From Candidatus Poribacteria bacterium (GTDB taxonomy: Bacteria; Poribacteria; WGA-4E; WGA-3G): a DNA stretch of 64,000 nt. Every line of letters starts with the position of its first letter. Position 1 is the first letter of the stretch. Below, in pieces: positions 28,361 to 38,767 of this stretch. The position numbers and the translations under genes are program-made. The DNA lies in assembly GCA_022824835.1 (NCBI GenBank), contig JAJDZB010000029.1:39999-103998 (forward strand), in the 5' to 3' direction. A model generated the notes under the pieces. It ran no database searches. It saw only the letters and a list, made by a program, of their open reading frames with translations, and was not told the origin of the DNA.

Positions 28361-30505
28361 ATGAAAAAGTTACTATTTCTGAATATCTTTTCTCTAATCC
28401 TCCTTACAACATACTACCATTCTAACGTTTCGGCTGAGAACCATACGCGTTGGGATTTACCAGATGGTGCAATTGCACGTATTGGAAAGGGTGAAATTGG
28501 TGCAATAAAGTACTCACCTAATGGCACGCAACTCGCGGTCGCCACTACCATCGGTATATGGCTATATGACGCTAAAACATATCAAGAATTAGACCTGTTA
28601 AAGGAGGCAGATGTTTCCCCTTATGACGAAAGAGGAATTGCTTTCAGTCCAGATGGTAACACCCTCGCGACTTCTAATGGTAGTTTTGGAGGTATTAAAC
28701 TATGGGATATTGCAAATGGCACAATAAAGAAAACACTATTGGACGGGATTATACCTAAGGGTGCTGAGAATGTGTTGTTCAGCCCTGATGGTACAACGCT
28801 TGCAACTTATAGATACAAGGAGCTATTTTTATGGGATGTTGTTACTGGTAAAAACAGGACTCTCGGCGGAAATACAGATTATGTTGGAGGATTCGCGTTA
28901 AGTCCTGATGGAAAGATACTCGCGAGTGGTAGCAGGGATCAGACTATCATTCTGTGGGATGTTGATACAGGTTCAATTAAACATACACTTAAGGGACATA
29001 CGGATTCTGTTACCAGTGTTTCTTTTAGTCCCGACGGTAAAACGCTTGCAAGCGGTAGTAGTGATAACGCAATCAGATTTTGGGATATTGAAACAGGCAC
29101 ACATGTGAAAACTTTCAAAGAAGCGGAGGTTAATGTTACACAAATATCATTTAGTCCGAATGGACAATTCATTTTAAGTTGGGGGAAGGGTAATTCCAAA
29201 ATCCTCTTGTGGGATGTCAATACTGGAGAATACAAGCAGATTGATGATAATAAGAAGCGACGCATGGGTGTCTGTTTCAATCCTGACGGTAATATGATCG
29301 CTGCAGCACATGAATACCATACTATCGATTTTTTTAATTTAACTACTGGAGAACACAAAAAAAGAATAGTTGGAAATAACTATAAAGATCTTACGTTTTT
29401 TATGGGTAAATTTGCTGATCTTACGCTAAGTCCTGATGGTACAAAGTTCGTAAGTATGAATATTGACAACTCTATTAACCTATGTGATATTACGTCTGGA
29501 CAATGCAAATTGCTAATACCACATACACCAGACCATAGTATCAGAAGTCTGAATAGATTTCTGTTTAGCTCAGATAGTAACCTGTTTGCGGGGATGTCTT
29601 CGGACGGTTTTATAGGGTTGTGGGATGCAAATACAGGTAATGAACGACACACTTCCAAAAGAATACAATTATTTGAAAAGAATCATACGGCATTAGATCA
29701 TAGTCCTCTGTATGCACCTGTATTCGGTTTTGCTTTTAGTCCAGATAGTCAGATACTCGCAAGTGCAAGTTCAAAACATTCAATCCATCTATTAGATACT
29801 ACAACGGGGAATATTAGACACTCACTCCAAGGTCATACTGCAAGGGTCGGGAGTCTCTCTTTTAGTTCCAATGGACAAACACTTGTGAGTGGAAGTCATG
29901 ACGGTACGATACGCTTTTGGAATACAACCACCGGAAAACTAAATAAAACCATAACAAACCGAATATTAACAAAGCAACAGACAATGGAACCCATCGCTAT
30001 CTCTACAATAGCATTAAATCCAGAAGGGGATAGAGTCGCAAGCGGCAACCAAGATGGAACTATCGTTATGTGGAATGTTGTTACCGGAGAAAAACAACTA
30101 ACTTTTACAGGACACGCTGATGCAATCTCAAAGATCTTTTTCAGTCCAGATGGACGTAAAGTCGTCAGCACAAGTAAAGACGGATCAGTTCGCCTATGGG
30201 ATGTCGCAACTGGACAGCAAGAATACGCCATCGCTGGTTACAGACTAACGGATTGGAAAGTATTTCTATATGAAAATGGAGTGTCACTGGCAAGCGAGAC
30301 GAAACTGGTGCTAGGTGCTGCTGGAAAACCTTATGTTAACTTATGGGATTTAAACACTAAAAAACGCATAAAAATACTGACAGGACACAATGATAGAGTC
30401 ACGAGCATCGATTTCAGTGACGATGGTAAGACGCTTATCAGCGGTAGCAGAGATGGAACTGTCCTTGTGTGGGATATCCCGAGCATCATTCAGGAGGTCG
30501 AATAA
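28361..30505 (+). CDS. WD40-repeat protein (about 14 blades, two propellers) with an N-terminal signal/anchor.
   Basis: It has repeated '...SPDGKTLASGSxDxTIxLWDVxTG' WD40 units and an N-terminal hydrophobic segment. Confidence 0.8.
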   Translation: MKKLLFLNIFSLILLTTYYHSNVSAENHTRWDLPDGAIARIGKGEIGAIKYSPNGTQLAVATTIGIWLYDAKTYQELDLLKEADVSPYDERGIAFSPDGNTLATSNGSFGGIKLWDIANGTIKKTLLDGIIPKGAENVLFSPDGTTLATYRYKELFLWDVVTGKNRTLGGNTDYVGGFALSPDGKILASGSRDQTIILWDVDTGSIKHTLKGHTDSVTSVSFSPDGKTLASGSSDNAIRFWDIETGTHVKTFKEAEVNVTQISFSPNGQFILSWGKGNSKILLWDVNTGEYKQIDDNKKRRMGVCFNPDGNMIAAAHEYHTIDFFNLTTGEHKKRIVGNNYKDLTFFMGKFADLTLSPDGTKFVSMNIDNSINLCDITSGQCKLLIPHTPDHSIRSLNRFLFSSDSNLFAGMSSDGFIGLWDANTGNERHTSKRIQLFEKNHTALDHSPLYAPVFGFAFSPDSQILASASSKHSIHLLDTTTGNIRHSLQGHTARVGSLSFSSNGQTLVSGSHDGTIRFWNTTTGKLNKTITNRILTKQQTMEPIAISTIALNPEGDRVASGNQDGTIVMWNVVTGEKQLTFTGHADAISKIFFSPDGRKVVSTSKDGSVRLWDVATGQQEYAIAGYRLTDWKVFLYENGVSLASETKLVLGAAGKPYVNLWDLNTKKRIKILTGHNDRVTSIDFSDDGKTLISGSRDGTVLVWDIPSIIQEVE

Positions 30506-32458
30506 ATGAAAACAAAACTACGTCCAATTTACATTATCCTGTGCGGTATAATCGCTGTTCTAATCCTGAGTCTTGTCTTAAGTCAATCTCAAAAAGAACA
30601 TTTTCAAAATGAGACTATTCTTCACGAGTCCCCCCAACTGAATCTACCTAAAGATGTTAAACTGCGTATCGGCAAAGGGAGTGTGAACGAGTTAACATAT
30701 TCACCGGATGGTTCTGCTTTAGCAGTCGTAACTTCCACAGGTATATGGCTGTATGATACGACCACATATCAAATGCAAACTGTGTTGTCAGGTGGAAGTT
30801 ATGGTAATATGAATGCGGTGTTTAGTCCCGATGGAAGATTTCTCATCGCTGGCAGCCCAGATAGAATTATCTATTTATGGGATACTTCAACATACAGACT
30901 CAAACAGACTCTTGTTGGGCATGAGAGTGCAATAACGAATCTCCTATTTAGCTTTGATGGAAAAACAATTGTAAGTACGGACATACACGAGATTAACCTG
31001 TGGGATGTCTCTACTGGTACCCATAAGAACTACAGCAGGGGTTATGTTCCAAGGCTGGGGTGTAGTATATGGCTCAATAATGATGAGGGACTTTTGGCAA
31101 CTACGGAATCCAATAATGACAATAGAGTACGTATATCCGATCTCATCACAAGGGAAGTAAAGATGGAACTGGGTGGACACACGAACCATATAAAAAGCCA
31201 ATCATTTAGTCCAGATGGAAAGTTACTCGCAAGTGGGAGTTGGGACACAACCATACGGATATGGAGAATGCCAGAAGGAATACATAAGTCGACCTTAAAG
31301 GGACATGAGAAAAGTATCAATAAAATTGTGTTTAGTCATGATAGCCAATTTCTTGCGAGTGCAAGTAGGGATGACACCGTCCGTATATGGAATGTGAATT
31401 CAGGTAAACTTAAAAACACTCTTAAAGCACATTCAGCAGATGTTAAGCACATAGCACTCAGTCCTGATGGGAAAACACTTGCAAGTTGGGGGTACGATCA
31501 CATGCTACACATCTGGGATGTTGACACTGGAAAACTCAAGCAGACAATCACCGGCCACCTTGCACCTATTTCGTCCGTTTCATTTCGTCGCGATTCAGAG
31601 ATGCTTGCGTTCGGAGCATCCAAAGAAATCCATCTTTGGGATATAGTTGAAGGTTTACACTATAAGACACTTTTCGGCCACAAAGGATCTGTCGACTGCC
31701 TGGCATTTAATCCTTCTGACAATACACTCGCAAGTGGTAGTGTTGACGAGACAATACGACTGTGGGATACAGACTCCGGCAACAGTAGAAAAACTATCAA
31801 AGGACATGTTACTGATAAAGATACTTACTCAAAAATTAGAAGCCTATCTTATAGTCCTGATGGGAAAACACTTGCAAGCTCAAGCAACGATAGGACGATC
31901 CGTTTGTGGAAGGCAAGAAGTGGTTGGCATCAGAAGACTATCAAAGGACATACAGACGCGGTTAGATCGCTTGCGTTCAGTCCTGATGGGAAAACAGTGG
32001 CAAGCGGTGGGGGCTCGGACGATAGTACCGTTCGGTTGTGGGATGTTACAAACGGAAAACAGAAGATAATACTTACTGATTTTACATCAGGTGTATCTGC
32101 AGTAACGTTCAGTCCAAATGGAAACATCCTTGCAAGTGGCGATAAAGATAGTGTTAAACTATGGGATGTTAACACAGGTGTATTACTGAGAGTTTTAGGT
32201 TCGGATATATTTATTGTTAGTAGTTTATCTTTCAGTCCTGATGGGAAAACACTTGCATGTGGGAGTTGGGATAGTAAAGTCAGACTATGGGATGTTGCTA
32301 CAGGAAAGTTGAAAGAAACACTTACAGGACACTCAAATTTGGTCTTTGGTGTGGCGTTTAGTTCTGATGGGAAGACTCTGGCAAGTGCCAGTGCAGACGG
32401 AACTGTGTTGCTCTGGGATATGGAAGCAATTATCAATAGAACAGATCTCGTGAAATAA
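30506..32458 (+). CDS. WD40-repeat protein, paralog 2.
   Basis: It has the same architecture as the gene at 28361. Its start immediately follows the stop of the previous gene (TAAATG). Confidence 0.8.
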   Translation: MKTKLRPIYIILCGIIAVLILSLVLSQSQKEHFQNETILHESPQLNLPKDVKLRIGKGSVNELTYSPDGSALAVVTSTGIWLYDTTTYQMQTVLSGGSYGNMNAVFSPDGRFLIAGSPDRIIYLWDTSTYRLKQTLVGHESAITNLLFSFDGKTIVSTDIHEINLWDVSTGTHKNYSRGYVPRLGCSIWLNNDEGLLATTESNNDNRVRISDLITREVKMELGGHTNHIKSQSFSPDGKLLASGSWDTTIRIWRMPEGIHKSTLKGHEKSINKIVFSHDSQFLASASRDDTVRIWNVNSGKLKNTLKAHSADVKHIALSPDGKTLASWGYDHMLHIWDVDTGKLKQTITGHLAPISSVSFRRDSEMLAFGASKEIHLWDIVEGLHYKTLFGHKGSVDCLAFNPSDNTLASGSVDETIRLWDTDSGNSRKTIKGHVTDKDTYSKIRSLSYSPDGKTLASSSNDRTIRLWKARSGWHQKTIKGHTDAVRSLAFSPDGKTVASGGGSDDSTVRLWDVTNGKQKIILTDFTSGVSAVTFSPNGNILASGDKDSVKLWDVNTGVLLRVLGSDIFIVSSLSFSPDGKTLACGSWDSKVRLWDVATGKLKETLTGHSNLVFGVAFSSDGKTLASASADGTVLLWDMEAIINRTDLVK

Positions 32459-32498
32459 GGCAGATACTAAGAGAAGTCTATCAAGGAAAAGACATAAA

Positions 32499-34583
32499 AT
32501 GAAAAAGACATTGCTTTCAATTGCTCTGATAGTAGGCATCGTTGCGTTTTTTTTAATACTGCAAACTATTTCAAAACGCGAACATCCGGATCACATGATG
32601 TTTATTCCTGATAATCCACAGTTAAACTTACCGGAAAATGTGAAGGCACGGTTAGGAAAAGGTAGCGTTGAAATGTTAGTGTTTTCTCCTGATGGTAACG
32701 TATTAGCAGTTGTGAGTACTATTGGCATTTGGTTGTATGATGCACATACTGGTGAATTTCAATCAATGGTGTCGGCTAACTCTGGACAGATAGCAGATAT
32801 TGCCTTCACACCAGATAGCCAGACACTTGCCTGTGGGGAAGAGGACGGACCCATCAGTTTGTGGGATGTGTCAACAGGAACTCTCAAGAGAACCTTAAGA
32901 ATAGATCGCATGTGGTCACTTAGCAGTATTGCGTTTATTAACAACGGAAAAACATTAGTTAGTGCAGCGGATTATCATTATTTGGACTTTTGGGATGTGT
33001 CAACAGGAGAACTTCCGCTGTCTCACTTTAATGGATATTCACGAGACAAAACTGTTTTTAGTCCTGATGGGATGAAACTTGCCAGTACAAATCCCAAATT
33101 TGAAATCACGCTATGGGATGTTCCAACAGGTCAACATAGTGAAACTGTCTTAAAAAATGAAAACACTGTTACGGATTTGAGATTTAGTCCTGACGGAAAA
33201 GTATTGGTAAGTATAGCTGCAGATAAAACTATACACTTGTGGGATGTTGAAGAGCTCAAGTACTTACGGACAATTCAAGAAAAAAGGAATTACGCTTCTA
33301 CAGTTGCGTTCAGTCCGGATGGTAAACTTCTTGCGCGTCCGAATGCTGATAATACAATACATTTCTGGGATGTTGCCACTGGCACACTTGAAAGAACCAT
33401 TACTGGACACACATCTCCTGTCAAGAACGTAGTATTTAGTCCTGATGGTAAGACATTAGCAAGCTGGAGTGAGCACGGACTTCTTCATTTGTGGGATTTC
33501 GCAACAGGAGAGATCAAGAAAACGATCACGGGTCATATTTCTAATACTCAAAAGGTATTGCTGAGTCCAGACGGACAGACATTAGCAACACAGGATGTTA
33601 TAGATAAAAAGATAATTCATCTGTGGAATGCCAATACAGGGGAACACGAGAAAACGCTCTTAGGACATAAGAAAAATATCCAAGATGTGGCATTTAGTCC
33701 TGTTGGAACTATACTTGCAACGGCAGCTAATAAAACCATCCGTTTATGGGATATTGAATCAGGTAAACAGAAGAAAGCATTTAAAGGACATACACAACTA
33801 ATTATCGACCTTTCGTTTAGTCCTAATGGTAAAATGCTGGCAAGTATAGATTTCTACGGTGTTATTCGCCTCTGGGATATGGAGTCGGGAAAAAGATTTG
33901 GAACTATCAGGACGCGTACAGGTGGATTTTCCCATATAGAGTTTAGTTCCGATGGCAAAACACTTTTAAGAGTATTCTGGGACCGTTCTTTCAAATTATG
34001 GGATGTAGCAACATTTAAGCAAAAGCAAACTAATATCGTAAAAGGAGATGAACCTAAAATTGATAATCTATCTAAACTGAGTCCAGATTTTCAGACGGTA
34101 GCAACTTCACTTTCTGATCGTAAGGGTTGGACAGGACCAGATTTTCAGATAGGCCTGTGGGATGTTGCTTCGGGTGAGTTTACACATACACTTATTGGAC
34201 ATACCGATAGCATTACATCCATTGCTTTCAGTCCAGATAGTAACATGTTGATAAGCTGCGCGAATGATAATACAATCAGAATGTGGGATGTCGCCTCGGG
34301 TGAGCAGAAACGTATAATTACTCGTCAAGATCTTCCATTTCCACAGAACGTTGTTTGGCAGACCGTTGTTTGGGATGAGGGATTCAGTTTGGATGGTCGC
34401 ATTCTCACCCACACAACGGGGGAAGGTCTTATACATCTATGGGATTCATTTACTGGTCAACATAAGAAAACACTCAAAGGACATACAGATAAAATTGTTA
34501 GTTTATCATTCAGTATAGACAATCATATCTTAGTCAGTAAGAGCAAAGATGGGACAGTCTTGGTATGGGACTTGCAACATTAA
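32499..34583 (+). CDS. WD40-repeat protein, paralog 3.
   Basis: It has the same architecture, with an N-terminal TM segment and 13-14 WD40 units. Confidence 0.8.
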   Translation: MKKTLLSIALIVGIVAFFLILQTISKREHPDHMMFIPDNPQLNLPENVKARLGKGSVEMLVFSPDGNVLAVVSTIGIWLYDAHTGEFQSMVSANSGQIADIAFTPDSQTLACGEEDGPISLWDVSTGTLKRTLRIDRMWSLSSIAFINNGKTLVSAADYHYLDFWDVSTGELPLSHFNGYSRDKTVFSPDGMKLASTNPKFEITLWDVPTGQHSETVLKNENTVTDLRFSPDGKVLVSIAADKTIHLWDVEELKYLRTIQEKRNYASTVAFSPDGKLLARPNADNTIHFWDVATGTLERTITGHTSPVKNVVFSPDGKTLASWSEHGLLHLWDFATGEIKKTITGHISNTQKVLLSPDGQTLATQDVIDKKIIHLWNANTGEHEKTLLGHKKNIQDVAFSPVGTILATAANKTIRLWDIESGKQKKAFKGHTQLIIDLSFSPNGKMLASIDFYGVIRLWDMESGKRFGTIRTRTGGFSHIEFSSDGKTLLRVFWDRSFKLWDVATFKQKQTNIVKGDEPKIDNLSKLSPDFQTVATSLSDRKGWTGPDFQIGLWDVASGEFTHTLIGHTDSITSIAFSPDSNMLISCANDNTIRMWDVASGEQKRIITRQDLPFPQNVVWQTVVWDEGFSLDGRILTHTTGEGLIHLWDSFTGQHKKTLKGHTDKIVSLSFSIDNHILVSKSKDGTVLVWDLQH

Positions 34584-34697
34584 TGCACACAACAGAACCT
34601 ATAAGATAAAAGTTATCAACTGTAGTTGGTTTCTAATTGGATTTTCAATTTTTTTTACACTTCTTCTATAGGAGCGATCTCCAAATTGCAAGTCATA

Positions 34698-35882
34698 ATG
34701 AATCATTATACGTCCGCTATAATCGTTGTTCTCTTTGTTCTAATTTCCTGTGTTGCCGGATGTGAGATCATTCCAACAGAGGCAATCACCACTGAACCGG
34801 TAAAAAAAGTTGCCATTGCAAACATCACGGCATTAGATGGGAGCAGTCTGACAGGCACCGCGACATTCACTGAAACTGACATGGGTGTTCATACTATTAT
34901 TGAGATACACAATGCTACACCCGGTTTACATGCAGCACATCTCCATATCGGTAGCAACTGTGCGAATGTAGGACCGCATTGGCATCCGATGAGTGTGCCC
35001 GCAGGCAATGTTGGTATCCCCGTAGCAGAGGCAAATCTTGACATGCCCCCAATCGGCATAGGTGAGATCGGAAACATTCCAGTCGATCAAAACGGAACGG
35101 GTATTTTGGAATTCACAACACCGTTCTGGTCAATTGGTGGAGAACCGAGTACTGATATACTCGGTAAATTGCTGCTTATCCACGAAACAGGTGATACCTT
35201 CATAACCCATCCGCACGCTTCTCCGATAGATAACACGGATACAACCCCAGGAACTCACATCCATACTATAGGACAGACGGAACCAGTACAAGCAACCCAT
35301 CTATGTACTTTGGCAGTACTCGGACAACAAGTAGATCTTGAGACAGCGCATCATCTTCCAGGTGAATCCGTGAGTCCGCATAGTCACGACCTGTTAGAGC
35401 TGCTGCTAAAGTGTTTTCTAAAGCCTGAACAGTTAGTTGATCCACGAATTGCCTTTACGATTCCGCTGGAGGGAACACCAGAATTCCGAGCATTCATGGA
35501 TATCGAACCCAAAAGTTTAGTCGCATATCACGAATTCTTTATTTCTATAGGGCTACCTGTAGATCCTGATTTCTTCACAAATCAGTTTAAACTAACTTAC
35601 ACTACTGGTACTCCTGAAGATTTTGTAATGGAGATGCAGAATAGGCTAACACATCTTTATATCACGTCTGGAATAGATATTGAGAATCCAGCTGATGAGA
35701 CGGGTTATAGTTTGTTACTTACAATGTTCTTAGATGAACAAACGACAGCGTGGGTGTTGGGTTATTTTCAAGGAGATGATGCTGCTTTTGGGGAGTGGAT
35801 AAACAGTGTGCTTGGGGAGTTACAGGTGCGTCCAGGCGGCGGTTCTCGTGTGGGATGTGGTGTAATCGGATTGGTGGAGTAG
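34698..35882 (+). CDS. Lipoprotein with a Cu/Zn superoxide dismutase-like domain and a long His-rich C-terminal extension.
   Basis: It has a lipobox (LISCVAGC). 'ATFTETDMGVHTIIEIHNATPGLHAAHLHIGSNCANVGPHWHP' and 'GEIGNIPVDQNGTGILEFTTPFWSIGGEPSTDILGKLLLIHETGD' parallel the SodC motifs (GLxPGxHGFHVH, GPHFNP, GDLGNI...SIIGRSLVVH). Confidence 0.5.
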   Translation: MNHYTSAIIVVLFVLISCVAGCEIIPTEAITTEPVKKVAIANITALDGSSLTGTATFTETDMGVHTIIEIHNATPGLHAAHLHIGSNCANVGPHWHPMSVPAGNVGIPVAEANLDMPPIGIGEIGNIPVDQNGTGILEFTTPFWSIGGEPSTDILGKLLLIHETGDTFITHPHASPIDNTDTTPGTHIHTIGQTEPVQATHLCTLAVLGQQVDLETAHHLPGESVSPHSHDLLELLLKCFLKPEQLVDPRIAFTIPLEGTPEFRAFMDIEPKSLVAYHEFFISIGLPVDPDFFTNQFKLTYTTGTPEDFVMEMQNRLTHLYITSGIDIENPADETGYSLLLTMFLDEQTTAWVLGYFQGDDAAFGEWINSVLGELQVRPGGGSRVGCGVIGLVE

Positions 35883-35943
35883 TATATCATTCAAACAAAA
35901 CTCCTTGACCTAAACATCATTATCCGTTATTATATCCAACACA

Positions 35944-36951
35944 ATGAAAACACAAAATCACATCATAATCTTAGCAGTATACATCACTATTCTAATGACA
36001 ATAACTACTGTAATTGTAGAAGCACAAATATTAATTGATTCTGTAATTGCAGTCGTCAATAAGCAAGCAATTACGCAAAGCGAACTTGTGAACGAGTTCC
36101 GTATCAATGCGATTGTTGATAAACACCTTATAAGTGAACCGAATGATGACGAAAAACGCACGCAACTAAATCACATAATTGACCGAAAGTTTGTCCTGCA
36201 AGAGGCAGAGAGAATCGGTATTACGGATACTGACCAAAAGCAACAGATCTCGGAACGAATTGCTGCTATACAGAAAGAATATACATCAAAGAGAGAGTTC
36301 AGTCAGGTCTTGCAAAAGCAAGATATAGAAATCCAAGCATTGGAAAAATGGGTATATGATCACATTATCTATGATGAATACTATAGATTAAAATTTGTTA
36401 ATTCTATTAATCGTAAAGAGATCGAAGAATTAGCACCGCAGTACTTTGAAACAAATAAGAAACACTTCATTGCCCCCGCTACCGTCACAATTCGTTCAAT
36501 TCTCGTTTCTATCCCCAAGGACAGCTCGAATATAGAAAAGCGATCTCTCAAGACGTTATCGGAGGATATAAGTCTGCACTTTAAACAGGGAAATACGTAT
36601 GCTGAAGTGAGTCAAAAGTATAAACCGAATCCATCAGTTTCTTTCGCTACATTAACACTAAATTCTGATACACCGTTGGGAGAGATAGTTTCGCAAATGA
36701 AACCCAACGATCACATGGGACCTATTCCTGTTCCTGAAGGTTTACGGATCGTTGAATTAGTTCAGAAAAGACCATCTCGGCAGAAACAATACTCTGAAGT
36801 AAAAGATGAGATCGCAGCTCTAATAAGGAATAGCAGGGCTGAAACAGCATTCAAAAAATGGTTAATTAAACAGAAAGAAAATGACCCTTGGTATATCTTA
36901 GATGATGCACTTAGACATGTATCAGTGACGAATATAAAAACCAAAGAATAG
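35944..36951 (+). CDS. SurA/PpiC-type peptidyl-prolyl isomerase-like chaperone.
   Basis: It has a SurA-N-like 'IDSVIAVVNKQAITQSELVNEF' followed by a parvulin-like region. Confidence 0.5.
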   Translation: MKTQNHIIILAVYITILMTITTVIVEAQILIDSVIAVVNKQAITQSELVNEFRINAIVDKHLISEPNDDEKRTQLNHIIDRKFVLQEAERIGITDTDQKQQISERIAAIQKEYTSKREFSQVLQKQDIEIQALEKWVYDHIIYDEYYRLKFVNSINRKEIEELAPQYFETNKKHFIAPATVTIRSILVSIPKDSSNIEKRSLKTLSEDISLHFKQGNTYAEVSQKYKPNPSVSFATLTLNSDTPLGEIVSQMKPNDHMGPIPVPEGLRIVELVQKRPSRQKQYSEVKDEIAALIRNSRAETAFKKWLIKQKENDPWYILDDALRHVSVTNIKTKE

Positions 36952-36955
36952 TCCG

Positions 36956-38578
36956 ATGAAACCCCTACGATATCGTTCTTTTCTCTCAACTATCTTTCTC
37001 TTATTGCCCCTCTTATTGACTACCTCTGTGCTTGCAGATGTGACATCATGGGATATTTCAACCTATCCAAAAATCGTTCAGGAAAAACTTCAGAAAGCAC
37101 AAAACGCATTCAAAGAGGAAAACTACCAGCAAGCACTTGATTTATACAGATCACTCACAAAAGAGGAACCAGAACTTCTTGCTGCGTTCATTGGACAAGG
37201 TGATTCCTTCGCAAAGTTAGGAGATTACACTGAAGCGATTAGCATATATCAACAATCATTACGACTGATTTCTGCGTCGACGCAACCTGAACGTTTCGCA
37301 TATCAGCCTTTTGTGGAAGCGAAACTTGCGACCGCTTACCATCGCAATAAACAACTTGAAAAGGCTGATGACCTGTTTCAAAGTGCTGTCAAAGGTGCAG
37401 GAGCAAATACACCAGTGACGTGGTACATTGCGTTGGCACAGATTGAAACAGAACGTAACAACTTAGAAAAGGCGCGTAGATATTACATCGTTGCAGTGCA
37501 GCTCTATCCAGATAATACTGCTACATACAGCAACCTGAGACATGTGTTACTAAAACTGAACAGACTTGATGAGGCGGATGCAGTCTTCCGACAGGCACTG
37601 ATTTTGGATAACACTTTGGGACGCGCTGCTTTTGGACGCGGAGAAGTCGCAGCAAAACGTGGAAATTTCACATTAGCACGTCAATACTATGAAAACGCTA
37701 TACAAAGTACACCCAACGAACCGATATTCCATAAATCTCTTGCTGAGATTCTCACAATAATGGGTGATGTTCAAGGAGCAGAATCTACGAATAGACGTTA
37801 TAAACAGACATTGGCAGAAGTCTATCGGCAACAAGCACTCCCTTTTATAAAAAAAAGACAAGGGATCCCTGCATTGGAACTACTAAAAAAGTCGATTGAA
37901 ACAGATGAGACCTACCTACCTGCCTTGAAAGACTATGCTTATGTGCAGATGCAGTTAGACAACTTAGATATAGCAAAACAGACTTATCAGAAAGTACTAA
38001 ACAGAGAACCCAATTCAGTACAAGCATTGCTACACCTGGGTATGATAGAATCAAGACGCGGTAATAGAAATGTAGCAGAATCGTATTTTCAGACGTTAAT
38101 CAATAATGAACCAGAATTCATGGATACTTACTATCAACTTTCAAAACTGCGCGAGATATCAGGAGACTTAAAAGGAGCAGAAAATGCATTGACTTCTGGT
38201 ATTCAGAAGAATCCGTCGTGGGCACCAGGATATTTGTGGAGAGGACACATCTATCTCAAGCGCGATCTAACACATAAGGCTGAGATAGATTATCGACAAG
38301 CAATAAAACATGCACCTAATGTCCCATTTCCTAAAGATGCGTTAGCATCATTGCTTGCAAAAGAGAATAGATTGCTAAACGAAGCTCTTAGATTTTCTGA
38401 AGCAGCAGTCGCAATAGACCCCCGTCCTACACACATTGCAACGCGTGCGTATGTGTACTTTCGGCTAAATCGTCTTACAGAAGCGAAACGTGAAATATCT
38501 AAGGCTTATGTACTATCACCAAAAAGTCCTTATGTTTTACACATACGCACTGAAATTCTTAATCCTGACTTAAAGTAA
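36956..38578 (+). CDS. Secreted TPR-repeat protein.
   Basis: It has a signal peptide and multiple TPR units (AxxxLGxxYxxxGxxxxAxxxYxxAL). Confidence 0.6.
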   Translation: MKPLRYRSFLSTIFLLLPLLLTTSVLADVTSWDISTYPKIVQEKLQKAQNAFKEENYQQALDLYRSLTKEEPELLAAFIGQGDSFAKLGDYTEAISIYQQSLRLISASTQPERFAYQPFVEAKLATAYHRNKQLEKADDLFQSAVKGAGANTPVTWYIALAQIETERNNLEKARRYYIVAVQLYPDNTATYSNLRHVLLKLNRLDEADAVFRQALILDNTLGRAAFGRGEVAAKRGNFTLARQYYENAIQSTPNEPIFHKSLAEILTIMGDVQGAESTNRRYKQTLAEVYRQQALPFIKKRQGIPALELLKKSIETDETYLPALKDYAYVQMQLDNLDIAKQTYQKVLNREPNSVQALLHLGMIESRRGNRNVAESYFQTLINNEPEFMDTYYQLSKLREISGDLKGAENALTSGIQKNPSWAPGYLWRGHIYLKRDLTHKAEIDYRQAIKHAPNVPFPKDALASLLAKENRLLNEALRFSEAAVAIDPRPTHIATRAYVYFRLNRLTEAKREISKAYVLSPKSPYVLHIRTEILNPDLK

Positions 38579-38767
38579 CCTATGCGTTTAAATTTTGTTG
38601 AAAAAAACAAAAAAATGTGATATTATTAATTTAGTTTGTGTATACATGAATTTGAAGAGTTACATACAAAGGTAAAACGGATTTTTAATTATAGAAGCTT
38701 TACCTTTAATCTTAAACTCTTCTCTTAATTTTATTCTTAAGATATAAATAAAATAAGGAGCATTATA

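Noticed and set aside
28908-32539. Numerous 60-170 aa ORFs antisense or out-of-frame within the three WD40 genes (for example 28939-29358 -, 29896-30231 -, 31930-32436 -, 31647-32069 +).
   Set aside because: They are embedded in strongly supported WD40 coding sequence. The repetitive WD40 codon structure keeps alternative frames open. There is no independent RBS or start context.
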